Shown here in pieces: positions 37,063 to 46,367 of a stretch of 57,639 bases of DNA. Position 1 is the stretch's first letter. Each line of letters starts with the position of its first letter. Source of the DNA: a virus (taxonomy: Duplodnaviria; Caudoviricetes). The notes below the pieces were generated by a model. It was not told the DNA's origin. It saw nothing but the letters and a program-made list of their open reading frames with translations, and ran no database searches. A program made the position numbers and the translations under genes. The stretch lies in the IMG/VR virus record IMGVR_UViG_3300018083_000005, positions 1-57,639 of that record. One strand, 5' to 3'.

Positions 37063-39305
37063 ACTCCTATAGGCCAATACGTTTTGGCCTTCCCTTTGCG
37101 TTGGAAGCTCATCATGTTACGCTGCACTAGGGTATCCTCAATTATGTCCATGACACGTGCGTTCAGACGATGATGCCTCATAACGTCACCACGCATTATA
37201 CCCGGACGCTTTTCGACCATCTTGTACACTGCTATCGTCTTCGACTCGTCTGACGTAATACCGGAGTTCTGGATCAGGTCTACTGCATGCTTACCCCATT
37301 TCTGTATGTAGTAGGCTGCATTGAGAAGATCGTCTAACGTGCCCTCTATCTTATAATCCTTTGGCTCCTGCCGGGATGCGGCAAACAGCATGGACAGCTT
37401 GATCATGGACGTGAACATACGGGTGAACATCGGGAGTGCCTTATCTGACTCTGACGAGTCTGATGCGGCCTCTGTGAGTTGTTGCTCCATGAGCGCCGCA
37501 CGTTCATAGAACGCAGGTGGAAACGACACCATTATGTCTGGTGTGGAAATCATCTTCTGCCCATCGTGAAGCTCCACCGTTACCTGTTGGTCTGTATACA
37601 TGTTGTAGTAGGAGCGGAAGGTAGACAGTAGATCGGTTCGTTTATCTGTCTTCTCTCCTGCTGGCGGATCGACCCCAAACTTGAGATTGGCAGTGTCTTG
37701 GTGCCCACGCATGATCAGGAACCGTGGTATGAATCCCGATGCAAAGTATGATTCTTCTATTAACGAGAACATCTTGTTTGGTACGCCGCCGCCAAAGAAG
37801 ATGAAGATAGGCTCACTGACTACAAATGATTCTCTACGGAGCTTACGTACCATGTACTTTGGTACGTCATACATCTTCGTCATCATTTCAGGCAACGATG
37901 CTAGATACTCCTTGCGATTGATAGCGTCAAAGAATCCCGTTACCTCGTCCCGGTAGAAGATAGACACCATCTTAGGACGGAGCGCGAGCGATGCCATCAG
38001 ACCTTCAGCGGTAGCGTCACTCGCAAGTATCAAGTCTCGGTCTACGTCCATTACAAAGTCCATTGCCATATCCATAGCTGTCGTCTTGCGTGTAAGAGAA
38101 GTCTCACCGAGAATCATGGCCCACAGATTAGGGACTATCGACTGCCCTCGGGAGCGAGGTAAGCGTACAGTGGTCGCCATGAGCGCAGACATGACAATGG
38201 AGCAGGAGATTTCATGGAAGTCAGGAACGGCATCTGTCACGTCCTTGGCCCACTCCATGTAATCGTCAATGATCGTGGGCTTAAGTAGCGATTCCTCTTT
38301 TGCCGAAAGTAGGGCTGGCATAACGAGGCTTTTATGATCCGAGAGTAGAACCTCAAGAGACTTCTGTTCTAGCTCGGCCTTGATAATCTCCCGCCATAGG
38401 TGAGAGTCGGGCCTCCCGTCACGCTCATACTTGTTGCATTTTGCATTCTTTGCGATTACATATACTTCCTCGGCTGTCATGCCGAGTTCAAAACATAGCA
38501 AAAGGAGTCGCCACAGAGCGCCTGACCAATCGCTAACAGGCTCCTCTGTGTAGTACCGTGCAAAGATCGTCGCTAGCTCTTTATGTCGAAGCTGCTCCTG
38601 ATACCGATAGATGATCATGTCGGCAGAAGGCAGGTTCTCAACATTGGGCAGTTTTATATCGGGAACATCGGAAGTGCCGTCGGGTTGTGGCAATAGATCG
38701 AACGTAGAGCTAGGGATAGCTAGCTCAATTTTCGCCAACAGCCGCACAGATGGAGGTTCTTCCATCTGGTACTTATAGTTGTACGTGCCAGGTACACGTA
38801 GTAGCTGTGTGTTATCCCATCCCGACTTGTCTACACCCAGATTGGCATAGAAGTAGGCAAGACGCTTTGAATAGTTCTCCGCAATAGTCGGATCAATCTT
38901 GTGGTCGAGTCGCCATATCGCTTGATAGCGATGCGGAGAGGATTCGATCACACACTGTGGGGGGTGTTCAAGCTGATCGGGGCGGCAAGCGTCCAGGTCG
39001 GCCCATACTAGGTTTTGGGGGATGGCGTTAGCTTTCACACGTTTCTTTGCCGACATGATGTTCACACAAAAGTACACGTTGTGCGTCATGGTTACACTGT
39101 CGATGAATTCCACAGCGGACTCTTTCTCTGACGGCCATGCAAAGAATCTCTCATTGAACGTGTCTCGCTTAGCTGGTGGTCTTGTAGTAGCCAAGACGAG
39201 GTACCCTTCGTCGTATCTAAACAGGTACTCAAAGAACGCGAGCAAGCTAGCGCGCTTCTCCTCATCGGTGACAGAGTGCATGATTGTAAAGACACAAAAG
39301 GGCAC
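37059..39305 (-). CDS. RepB-type primase fused to DUF3987-like helicase
   Basis: VWADLD, IESSP-RYQAIW, LLRVPGTYN; C-terminal G...RKTT and RDE motifs. True start uncertain (possibly ATG 39282). Confidence 0.88.
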   Translation of the reverse strand: MPFCVFTIMHSVTDEEKRASLLAFFEYLFRYDEGYLVLATTRPPAKRDTFNERFFAWPSEKESAVEFIDSVTMTHNVYFCVNIMSAKKRVKANAIPQNLVWADLDACRPDQLEHPPQCVIESSPHRYQAIWRLDHKIDPTIAENYSKRLAYFYANLGVDKSGWDNTQLLRVPGTYNYKYQMEEPPSVRLLAKIELAIPSSTFDLLPQPDGTSDVPDIKLPNVENLPSADMIIYRYQEQLRHKELATIFARYYTEEPVSDWSGALWRLLLLCFELGMTAEEVYVIAKNAKCNKYERDGRPDSHLWREIIKAELEQKSLEVLLSDHKSLVMPALLSAKEESLLKPTIIDDYMEWAKDVTDAVPDFHEISCSIVMSALMATTVRLPRSRGQSIVPNLWAMILGETSLTRKTTAMDMAMDFVMDVDRDLILASDATAEGLMASLALRPKMVSIFYRDEVTGFFDAINRKEYLASLPEMMTKMYDVPKYMVRKLRRESFVVSEPIFIFFGGGVPNKMFSLIEESYFASGFIPRFLIMRGHQDTANLKFGVDPPAGEKTDKRTDLLSTFRSYYNMYTDQQVTVELHDGQKMISTPDIMVSFPPAFYERAALMEQQLTEAASDSSESDKALPMFTRMFTSMIKLSMLFAASRQEPKDYKIEGTLDDLLNAAYYIQKWGKHAVDLIQNSGITSDESKTIAVYKMVEKRPGIMRGDVMRHHRLNARVMDIIEDTLVQRNMMSFQRKGKAKTYWPIGV

Positions 39306-39323
39306 CCCTTGTTAGGGGTGCCC
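39296..39323 (-). terminator. intrinsic terminator after SSB gene
   Basis: GGGCACCCC-loop-GGGGTGCCC followed by TTTT on the minus strand. Confidence 0.75.
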
Positions 39324-39336
39324 CTAGTGCATTACG

Positions 39337-39849
39337 TCAGACCAGTAGGCCGGATTCTGCAGTTGCGGCCGAACCAGCAGGCTTGAAGCCTTCGATATCG
39401 TTCACGTACTTGTCATTCGCCTTATCGAACTTCTTGCGGACGATCACCGTAAGCTCACGACCGATCAGTTCCTCGGTCGAAGGCATATGATAACCCTTCT
39501 TCTGCCAATCCTCACCGATTGCAGTAAGGAAGTTAGCCATACGATTCTTCATGGACTGTGCCTTGGTTGCATCGTAGTCCGCAGGTGGCACAAACAGATT
39601 AGTCCAACCAGCGTACACGTTGGCAACCTTCTGGCCGTCACGATCCTCCTCACCGTCATTCACCTGGATACCAAGAGAAAGATACGGTGTGGCATGCGGC
39701 AGTGCCTTCATGCCGTCGATGTTGTCAGTGGACTTCCACTCTGCCTTCGCCACGTGTGCTTCGTAGCGTCCCGAAGGAATAGCGGGGAAGCCGATTGCAT
39801 CTGGATCGGCACCTGTCAAATCTAGGGTGCCATCGAAAAGATCACTCAC
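39337..39849 (-). CDS. single-stranded DNA-binding protein (DUF669-like)
   Basis: IPSGRYEA-V...ELIGR-L-V...N-IEGF pattern; adjacent to Sak4-like ATPase. Confidence 0.8.
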   Translation of the reverse strand: MSDLFDGTLDLTGADPDAIGFPAIPSGRYEAHVAKAEWKSTDNIDGMKALPHATPYLSLGIQVNDGEEDRDGQKVANVYAGWTNLFVPPADYDATKAQSMKNRMANFLTAIGEDWQKKGYHMPSTEELIGRELTVIVRKKFDKANDKYVNDIEGFKPAGSAATAESGLLV

Positions 39850-40622
39850 TTGGACTCTCCTTCATTTGTTGTTGCGAGCTTAGACCACAAACTAGGAACG
39901 GTCGGATCGACTTCGACTGCATCGAACGCGCCAGTCCTATCCTTAGCGATTGCAGTCTCGGTCTTTTGAAACTGCATATATCTCGTTACTCCGTCGCCAT
40001 TGCTCTCCGCTCTGTAGTAGCCGACTATATCAAGAAACCCCGGAATGTCAATACGGAGCTTCCCTACCAGCTTCGGGAACACAATCATCTTCATGTTGTT
40101 ATCACGGTCAGAAGACGAGTGACAGTTGAAGATGGTATTACATGGTAGGTCACGGAACGCACGTACTAGCTGTCGCATATGCGTAGACGACTTACCATAC
40201 CCTCGCTGATCCGGTACGTCTGGATCGATCTTATCATTCACCTTGCTAAACTCTTTCATTACTTCAACAAGGTCGAGTGCCTGTAGCTCACTCAGTGTAT
40301 CGATCCCGATTGTACCATAGGGGAATTTCTTACCATCGGAAGGAATGGCATTGAACAATTCACGGTAGGCTGCGACCAACTGCTTGACCGACCGTACTTG
40401 GATAACGTCAATATCCTTGCGATGCCGTAGCGTCGAGATACCACCATCGATATCGATGATACACAATGGTGACGTTGCCTTATGATCCTGTGCTGTACCC
40501 AGGAAATACGTCTTCCCTACTCCCGGCTCCCCGTACAGCATCATATTGAGCCACGTGATTGATTCGGCAGGGGGTAGAGCGCCTAGCCTCTCCTTCAATT
40601 CTGCGGTTGCTATATTATTCAC
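39846..40622 (-). CDS. Sak4-like (AAA_24) recombination ATPase
   Basis: YGEPGVGKT Walker A, IDTLSE, FRDLP, D-VGY, AKDR; start uncertain (GTG 40622 or ATA 40613). Confidence 0.9.
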   Translation of the reverse strand: MNNIATAELKERLGALPPAESITWLNMMLYGEPGVGKTYFLGTAQDHKATSPLCIIDIDGGISTLRHRKDIDVIQVRSVKQLVAAYRELFNAIPSDGKKFPYGTIGIDTLSELQALDLVEVMKEFSKVNDKIDPDVPDQRGYGKSSTHMRQLVRAFRDLPCNTIFNCHSSSDRDNNMKMIVFPKLVGKLRIDIPGFLDIVGYYRAESNGDGVTRYMQFQKTETAIAKDRTGAFDAVEVDPTVPSLWSKLATTNEGESK

Positions 40623-40794
40623 CCCCTTCCGGCTCACCGAAGTGGTACTCGTTGTAGTAACCTTTGCAGAATTCGCAATAGGTCAAATCCTGTTGTGGGG
40701 GAGGAGCGCCCGATTTAACGAGTCCCAAATCCTCCCCCACAGCTTGCTCAGCGACGAATTCATCTTCGCTGATAACTTCAAACAGTTCAGTCAT
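40615..40794 (-). CDS. 59-aa protein with LFEVISEDEF motif and CxxC
   Basis: MTELFEVISEDEFVAEQAVGEDLGLVKSGAPPPQQDLTYCEFCKGYYNEYHFGEPEGGE; just under the ORF-track cutoff. Confidence 0.7.
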   Translation of the reverse strand: MTELFEVISEDEFVAEQAVGEDLGLVKSGAPPPQQDLTYCEFCKGYYNEYHFGEPEGGE

Positions 40795-40882
40795 CGTCTT
40801 TGAAGAACTCGTTGATAGCAGGTGTTAGTAGGATACCTACGAAGACACCAATTGCGAACGGTATGAAGAAATCCCAGGTCAC
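40787..40882 (-). CDS. 31-aa membrane peptide
   Basis: MTWDFFIPFAIGVFVGILLTPAINEFFKDDD; GTGA overlap. Confidence 0.55.
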   Translation of the reverse strand: MTWDFFIPFAIGVFVGILLTPAINEFFKDDD

Positions 40883-41067
40883 CGTAGTGTACGATCCGTT
40901 CTAATGATCGCGGCTGATGAAAGCATATTCAACTCGCGCTCAAGAACCTGAGCATGATGCAAGTCTACAAATTCAGCTTGCCATACATCTTCGGGATTCG
41001 TGATCTTAACCTGGAATCCTTCTGCCTGACAGATATCGATACATGCTCTGATCATTTGGTGTGTCAT
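40879..41067 (-). CDS. hypothetical protein
   Basis: MTHQMIRAC...; TAATG overlap with exonuclease. Confidence 0.65.
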   Translation of the reverse strand: MTHQMIRACIDICQAEGFQVKITNPEDVWQAEFVDLHHAQVLERELNMLSSAAIIRTDRTLR

Positions 41068-42338
41068 TATCGATCCCTGTTCACTTCGTAGCCGTCTGCG
41101 AGCATGCCTTGCCAGTCGCTTCCGTCGTCGGCGGCGATGCATGGTGACCTAAACGCACACTGCAGACAGCGGAACTCTCCTGTGGGATTTGGGTACACGG
41201 CAGGGCTGTTAAGCATTTCCTTAGCAATCATGACTAGATGCTCACCCGTCGCATAGACTTCGTGAGGATTGCGAGTCACTAGGTCACGCTGGATAAACAG
41301 GCTGTCGCCCATTTCACACAGATACGTGTAGTAAGCCTGTGCCTTGTCGTTATTGCGGAACCAGTGTTCTCGGTCTGTATTGCCAAGGATAGCTGCTTGG
41401 AATAGCTCAGCCGTGGTGCCCTCCGTTGCACGGGCCACAGAGAGCAGACCATTCTGCAGCACTGTGGGAGGCTTCGGGAAGTTCTTACGGAGTGCGTTGT
41501 AGATCACACGATCCACCATCTGCCCCGCCCATGGGTAGTCATGCATTTCTGACTCCATGATGGTAGCCCACAGATAGTTACTGCACTGTTCGTCCTTCTC
41601 AAGTTTCTTGAAGTAGTCTTCGTCAATCCTTACAGCAGTTTTATGGTCAATAATACCATACTTGTTCTGTTCGGGGAAGAATACGATAGCGTCACGTTTT
41701 CCACGTGCGTGTACCTCACACTTGTGTCCATAGTTGGGACTGTCCTCACGTATGTCCACCGCCTCAAACCCGAGGGGGATGGAGTACGTGGACTCAGCGG
41801 CGACCACAACAAACTCGTCATTCTTTTCGGCATACTCCTTGTAGAAGGTGAGCATCCCGATCCCTAGTTCTTTGTGGGCCTCAAAATCCTCTTGGACAAG
41901 TTCAATGTTAGGTAGCATTTCCTTCAGACCACGGATATGCCATGTCTTATGCAGTGTGTCTACGTTGCCTGGATCACCGATCCATTCGCCTCCATAGCGC
42001 GGCGACACGTCATACGTGAGGTCTAGCCATTCCTCTGTCACCATACCGCCATCCCACTGATATTCAAACCACGTCAGGAATGACTCGACAGGATCGTGTC
42101 GAAGGATCGGATCGTAATACTTCTCTAGTGCGTAGTGGATTCCGGTACCGAACCACAGAGGCATATTGATACCGTGAACCTCAACCTTCCGACGTAGGTT
42201 GGTTCGGCTTGGACTCGTCCAGTCCCAATACCGCCTACATCGTTTGAAACTTGCAACGTCTGAGCCGTGGATAGGGATAATATCCCACTTGGACGGAATC
42301 CACGGTGGACTAGTAATGATTTCAGTTTCGGGTGCCAT
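41067..42338 (-). CDS. Cas4/RecB-like PD-(D/E)XK exonuclease
   Basis: FKRCRR, GTGIH-ALE, GKRD...IIDHKT, Q-xxY, C-xx-CAFRSPC; start moved to ATG 42338 because the listed TTG is the -35 hexamer. Confidence 0.9.
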   Translation of the reverse strand: MAPETEIITSPPWIPSKWDIIPIHGSDVASFKRCRRYWDWTSPSRTNLRRKVEVHGINMPLWFGTGIHYALEKYYDPILRHDPVESFLTWFEYQWDGGMVTEEWLDLTYDVSPRYGGEWIGDPGNVDTLHKTWHIRGLKEMLPNIELVQEDFEAHKELGIGMLTFYKEYAEKNDEFVVVAAESTYSIPLGFEAVDIREDSPNYGHKCEVHARGKRDAIVFFPEQNKYGIIDHKTAVRIDEDYFKKLEKDEQCSNYLWATIMESEMHDYPWAGQMVDRVIYNALRKNFPKPPTVLQNGLLSVARATEGTTAELFQAAILGNTDREHWFRNNDKAQAYYTYLCEMGDSLFIQRDLVTRNPHEVYATGEHLVMIAKEMLNSPAVYPNPTGEFRCLQCAFRSPCIAADDGSDWQGMLADGYEVNRDR

Positions 42339-42375
42339 CACCCTCCGTTCAGGTTGCTCTCCCTTGGAACGATCT

Positions 42376-42404
42376 ACCCTATCAAACGACGGGGCTTGTG
42401 TCAA
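42376..42404 (-). promoter_or_regulatory. canonical sigmaA-type promoter TTGACA-N17-TAGGGT
   Basis: 17-bp spacer, TG extension, upstream of the recombination/replication operon. Confidence 0.75.
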
Positions 42405-42417
42405 GGGGTTGGTTGTC

Positions 42418-42621
42418 TTATTTCAATATCCCTTTTCTGAATCCAATAGCAACGGCGTGTGTAATATTCTTTGCCTGTAGCTCATAGAGTATTTGTGTTC
42501 TATGGAATTTCACTGTCTGTGGAACAATCCACAGCTTATCAGCAGTCTGTCGTAGTCCCAGACCTTGTGCTGCACACTGAAGAACCTCTAGCTGTCTCGG
42601 TGTTATTGGATTGCTGACCAT
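42418..42621 (-). CDS. stand-alone LuxR/GerE-family HTH protein
   Basis: ITPRQLEVLQCAAQG...ADKLWI..QTVKFH...L.AKN..HAVAIG. Confidence 0.9.
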   Translation of the reverse strand: MVSNPITPRQLEVLQCAAQGLGLRQTADKLWIVPQTVKFHRTQILYELQAKNITHAVAIGFRKGILK

Positions 42622-43550
42622 ACTGCCTTCACGTGTTCGGATGTAGAAGTCTCTCCAAGGTACAGACTTGCACCCTTGAGGTACTTGATTTTGTTGAGTT
42701 CATCGGTAACTTGCTGCGGCGTAGGATTGCAGTTCGGATAGTAGCCTACCGTGGGGAAGATTTTGCTGCTGGCCTGAAAGCCGAGAATCTTGCCGACCAC
42801 TACCTTACCCGTCTTGTAGTCCATGAGTGCCCTCTGTGGGTTGACCACCATGTATAGATAGTTGCCTTCCCACTTAGGAACGACAGTCAAACGGTACAAC
42901 TTAGTCGAGTGCAGGTCTTTGACAACTGTATTCGTACCACCGTCCCAGGACACCATACGTGCCCAATGTTTCTCTGCAATTCCGGCCACCTGGATTCTGT
43001 AGTCCCATCCGACGTGCATCTGCTTGGGTAGGTAGACGGAAACATACAGTGCTTTCGGCGTGTAGGCTTCCGGTGGCCCTGCCAGTGTAGGATCAAGCCA
43101 GTACGCCTGTGGAGCGAACGTGAAACCTCCACGTTCAAAGGTGCGGAAGTCCATGTTGTAGATTTCCGCAGGCGTCGAGGGATGTGAGAGTATCTTGGGC
43201 TTCGGGCCGATCTTCGGATTCAGCATTAGACGAGGAACCAGCACAGAGGCTTTCCACTTGCCTGTACTCTCGTAGGCTTTCTCGGCATTGAACAGCATAC
43301 CATCGAAATCGTAGTTGGCTGCTATCCAATCAGCATTGTCTGCATCCTCCTCTGGATCGTTACAGACCAGCCACGGTAGAAACTTGACATTGGGTAGTCG
43401 TCGTCGCCACTCAGCCCACTCTTTCCTATTGTGTTGCACAGAGGATTGATCAGGTGCCATGATCGGCGCAACCCAATTGATCTGAGCAGCTAGTCCTACA
43501 AATCTCTCCAAGTCCTCAAGCATATTGAAAAAGATACCGTTACCCTGCAT
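42603..43550 (-). CDS. putative glycoside hydrolase-like (TIM-barrel) protein
   Basis: PW...FDGMLFNAE and PQAYW motifs recall GH18/GH25-like barrels; assignment tentative. Confidence 0.5.
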   Translation of the reverse strand: MQGNGIFFNMLEDLERFVGLAAQINWVAPIMAPDQSSVQHNRKEWAEWRRRLPNVKFLPWLVCNDPEEDADNADWIAANYDFDGMLFNAEKAYESTGKWKASVLVPRLMLNPKIGPKPKILSHPSTPAEIYNMDFRTFERGGFTFAPQAYWLDPTLAGPPEAYTPKALYVSVYLPKQMHVGWDYRIQVAGIAEKHWARMVSWDGGTNTVVKDLHSTKLYRLTVVPKWEGNYLYMVVNPQRALMDYKTGKVVVGKILGFQASSKIFPTVGYYPNCNPTPQQVTDELNKIKYLKGASLYLGETSTSEHVKAVWSAIQ

Positions 43551-43701
43551 CGGTCACCCCCATACTTTTGACTTTGATCATAGGTATCAGCATTGCGAGT
43601 AGAAGTGCAAATACTACAAAGGTGCGAACTGGCGACCAATGCGGCCACCATAGCAATGATTGAGCAAAGACAAGAATGATCCAAGCTGTAACTGCCGTCA
43701 T
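43540..43701 (-). CDS. 53-aa two-TM membrane protein
   Basis: MTAVTAWIILVFAQSLLWW...FVVFALLLAMLIPM. Confidence 0.55.
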   Translation of the reverse strand: MTAVTAWIILVFAQSLLWWPHWSPVRTFVVFALLLAMLIPMIKVKSMGVTDAG

Positions 43702-43865
43702 TTATTCGGCTTCGTATCTTGGGAGCGTTCTTCAGTCAGCCGACGCTCGTATTCCAACGCGACGTCGATGCACTTCTCGCGGTGTTCGAGGACCAGCTTG
43801 GTCATCTCCAGCACCATCCATGCCGTCGCAGCATCGGGGTAGTCCGGCTCGACGTTTTCAGTCAT
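43698..43865 (-). CDS. small hypothetical protein
   Basis: MTENVEPDYPDAATAW... after GAGGA RBS. Confidence 0.6.
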   Translation of the reverse strand: MTENVEPDYPDAATAWMVLEMTKLVLEHREKCIDVALEYERRLTEERSQDTKPNK

Positions 43866-44109
43866 GGCTGTCCTCTTGGAAAGAGGCTGCGGGTTCCTCG
43901 TCTCCGTAGTAGGTCTCGAAGAAGTAGTCGCCACCCGGCTCGGTGCAGTCCTCGCAGAACCGCACCTTGCCGTCAGAGGCACCGAAGATGCCAGCGATGA
44001 TGTCATCGACCTCGGGATTCGCGTCTGTCTTCAAGAACCCGGCTGTCGTGTCGAAGATGAAGCGGTCGCCTACCTCAATCTCGCGATTGCACCCAACGCA
44101 GCGGATCAC
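43858..44109 (-). CDS. zinc-ribbon protein
   Basis: CVGC...FCEDC. Confidence 0.7.
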   Translation of the reverse strand: MIRCVGCNREIEVGDRFIFDTTAGFLKTDANPEVDDIIAGIFGASDGKVRFCEDCTEPGGDYFFETYYGDEEPAASFQEDSHD

Positions 44110-44447
44110 GACTCAGACCTCGAAGCTGGAGATCGTTCTGCGAAGCAGCCGTGAATGTGCTCAGTGGCTTCGCAGTAGCGCGTGCCGTCACATTCGGGTT
44201 CGGTCTTCCACGTCTTCGGAACGCTCGCTGGAATGGACGCGGCCTTCAGCACACCGTTGATCTGCCACGCGAGGCCCTCGTCAGCGAAGTCAGCCTCCGT
44301 CCACTCTGTCTCCCTGTAGACACGACGCAGCGTCTCGATGGCGGTATCGAACTGCTCTATGAGGGCGCGGTAGTCGCGGAGCAGTACGTAGCGCTCGCTG
44401 CCGCCAGTGATGATAGGAACCGAATGTGGTTTGTGTTCCGTGGTCAT
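44106..44447 (-). CDS. hypothetical protein
   Basis: MTTEHK...; C-terminal C-x5-C...H-H-GC motif. Confidence 0.7.
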   Translation of the reverse strand: MTTEHKPHSVPIITGGSERYVLLRDYRALIEQFDTAIETLRRVYRETEWTEADFADEGLAWQINGVLKAASIPASVPKTWKTEPECDGTRYCEATEHIHGCFAERSPASRSES

Positions 44448-44689
44448 GCGTACCACTTCTCCACGCGATTCCAGGACTCGATCAGTTCTTCGGCTTCGCG
44501 CTTCCAGAGTGTTGGATCAGCACTCGCCGCCTGTGCGAGAACTCGTATGGCCTCGATGAGAAGATCATCCGCGCGGGAATGGTCGATTTCGACATCACCA
44601 CGACCTACCGCCAGCGATCTCATGTCTGAGCGCACCTCGTAGAGCGTTCGCACGAGCGGACTCTTTGACACGTTCGATTCACTTTGCAT
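44444..44689 (-). CDS. hypothetical protein (DxExxHxxAD...KWYA pattern)
   Basis: DVEIDHSRADDLL...VEKWYA motif seen in small phage proteins. Confidence 0.75.
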   Translation of the reverse strand: MQSESNVSKSPLVRTLYEVRSDMRSLAVGRGDVEIDHSRADDLLIEAIRVLAQAASADPTLWKREAEELIESWNRVEKWYA

Positions 44690-44834
44690 TGAGCACCTTC
44701 TTTAGTTTGATTCTGAATTCTTTTGCTTGTGGACTCTTATCTTTACGCAGTGCTTCACGTAAGGCAATTGCCTCTGAGTCTGTAAGTATTGCATAGATCA
44801 ATTCCGGTTGTGCCCTACTACGAAGTATGTTCAT
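44679..44834 (-). CDS. 51-aa basic hypothetical protein
   Basis: Fills the gap after the helicase; GGAG RBS. Confidence 0.5.
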   Translation of the reverse strand: MNILRSRAQPELIYAILTDSEAIALREALRKDKSPQAKEFRIKLKKVLNAK

Positions 44835-44836
44835 CA

Positions 44837-46345
44837 CTAATCTCCGAATATCTCGTCAAACCATTTGCCTTTGGTATCGAGCTTGGTCTTGACATAACCA
44901 TCGACTGTCTTATCTGCGTTGATGTAGATTACTTCACAAGCGTGTTCTTGTCCGGGTCTGTAAACCCGTCCGATTGCCTGCATCATGTCCTTGGGCGACC
45001 ACGATCTATCCAGAAAGATGAGGTACTGAGCACAGGAAAGGTTAATGGACTCCCCACCAAGCGCCAGAGTAGATAGAAAGACTTGGTATTCTGGCTTCCG
45101 AAATAGATCGTGCCAGATTCGATAGCGTTCTGATTCACTATGATGCTGCTCCATATGCAAGTAACCAATTTTGGCCTTATCCAATCTGACCTTGAGTAGC
45201 TTAAGTGGGTCTTTGAAGTTACTGAATACCACCACCTTCTGCTCAGGTTCGTCAAGCTCCTCTAGAATCTTCATAACATCATCGAGCTTGGACGATGGCT
45301 CAACCAGTTCGATATCCGTAACCATACGATTCTGCTTGGCATCGAATGCGTGATTGACCACGTTCGGTGTAGCCACACAGATTTGGCGTAGTCGGTTGAG
45401 CTGACTCAGGACATTGGGTGAGGATAGCGTAGCACCCTTCTGATCCATCGTCCGCAGTACCGTCTTGATTTCACTGTACATCTTCCGCTGTACTGCGTTC
45501 AACTCTGTAGCGTGTACAGTCTCAATCGGCTTCTCGATACCTCTGTGGACTTTCGCCATCGTGTGTCGAGGACCAAGCTGCTTACGTAGCGCACGAAATT
45601 CATCTACTCTGTGTGGCAAGATGCCTCGGATGAATCTGAACCCTCTGGCATCCATGTACTGATCGCAGAAGTAGTTGCGAAACGACCAGTAACTCTTGTA
45701 TTCATTAGGACTCAAGAAGTTCAACAGGCTCCACATTTCTGCAGGGTTGTTGACGAATCCCGTACCCGTCATGATGTGCCTATTGGTAGAGCGTAGCCTC
45801 TTGATATTGCGTGTCCACTGTGCCTTTGGATTCTTCAGCCTGTGAGCTTCATCAGCTAGGATCATATCCCAATTGATTGTCTTCAGCTTGTCGAATACGC
45901 CGATACCATCCTTAGATTTCTTGGCCGAATTGGTATTGGCAGCAGTAGTGAACACGTCATAGTGTGCGAGTACCACCATCGGGTGATTATGTCGGCCACT
46001 CTTGATAGTGTACAGTAGCTCATTGATAGTGGTCGGACTCTCAAAGTCCTCAATGCGTAGTGTGGCATCGTGGATACCTAGATTGTACAGTTCCCACGAT
46101 TCCGGCAGGCATCGATAGAAGTCTGAGAAGTACGCACCCTTGCCCATCTTGGACGTAATGATGAGCGCGTTCTTTACTCGTTTCTTTTGGAGCAGCCACA
46201 AACCCGTACTGGTTTTGAAGCACCCCATCTGTGACCAGTTAGCCGAGTAGGGCATAGGCGAGAGATAGCGCAAATCCTTCTCTTGCCAAGCTCTGCGTTC
46301 GTATTGACTCTCGGTTATCAGGTCTTCAAACAGTAGATCAGTCAA
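44837..46345 (-). CDS. SNF2-family helicase
   Basis: MGCFKT, DEAH, TGT...N, GESINL, QAIGRVYRPGQ. Confidence 0.95.
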   Translation of the reverse strand: MTDLLFEDLITESQYERRAWQEKDLRYLSPMPYSANWSQMGCFKTSTGLWLLQKKRVKNALIITSKMGKGAYFSDFYRCLPESWELYNLGIHDATLRIEDFESPTTINELLYTIKSGRHNHPMVVLAHYDVFTTAANTNSAKKSKDGIGVFDKLKTINWDMILADEAHRLKNPKAQWTRNIKRLRSTNRHIMTGTGFVNNPAEMWSLLNFLSPNEYKSYWSFRNYFCDQYMDARGFRFIRGILPHRVDEFRALRKQLGPRHTMAKVHRGIEKPIETVHATELNAVQRKMYSEIKTVLRTMDQKGATLSSPNVLSQLNRLRQICVATPNVVNHAFDAKQNRMVTDIELVEPSSKLDDVMKILEELDEPEQKVVVFSNFKDPLKLLKVRLDKAKIGYLHMEQHHSESERYRIWHDLFRKPEYQVFLSTLALGGESINLSCAQYLIFLDRSWSPKDMMQAIGRVYRPGQEHACEVIYINADKTVDGYVKTKLDTKGKWFDEIFGD

Positions 46346-46367
46346 TCTACCTCCCTTGGTTTACCTG

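Noticed and set aside
41067-42338. Cas4 as part of a CRISPR system
   Set aside because: No other cas genes or array; the exonuclease-Sak4-SSB context is a standard phage recombination module.
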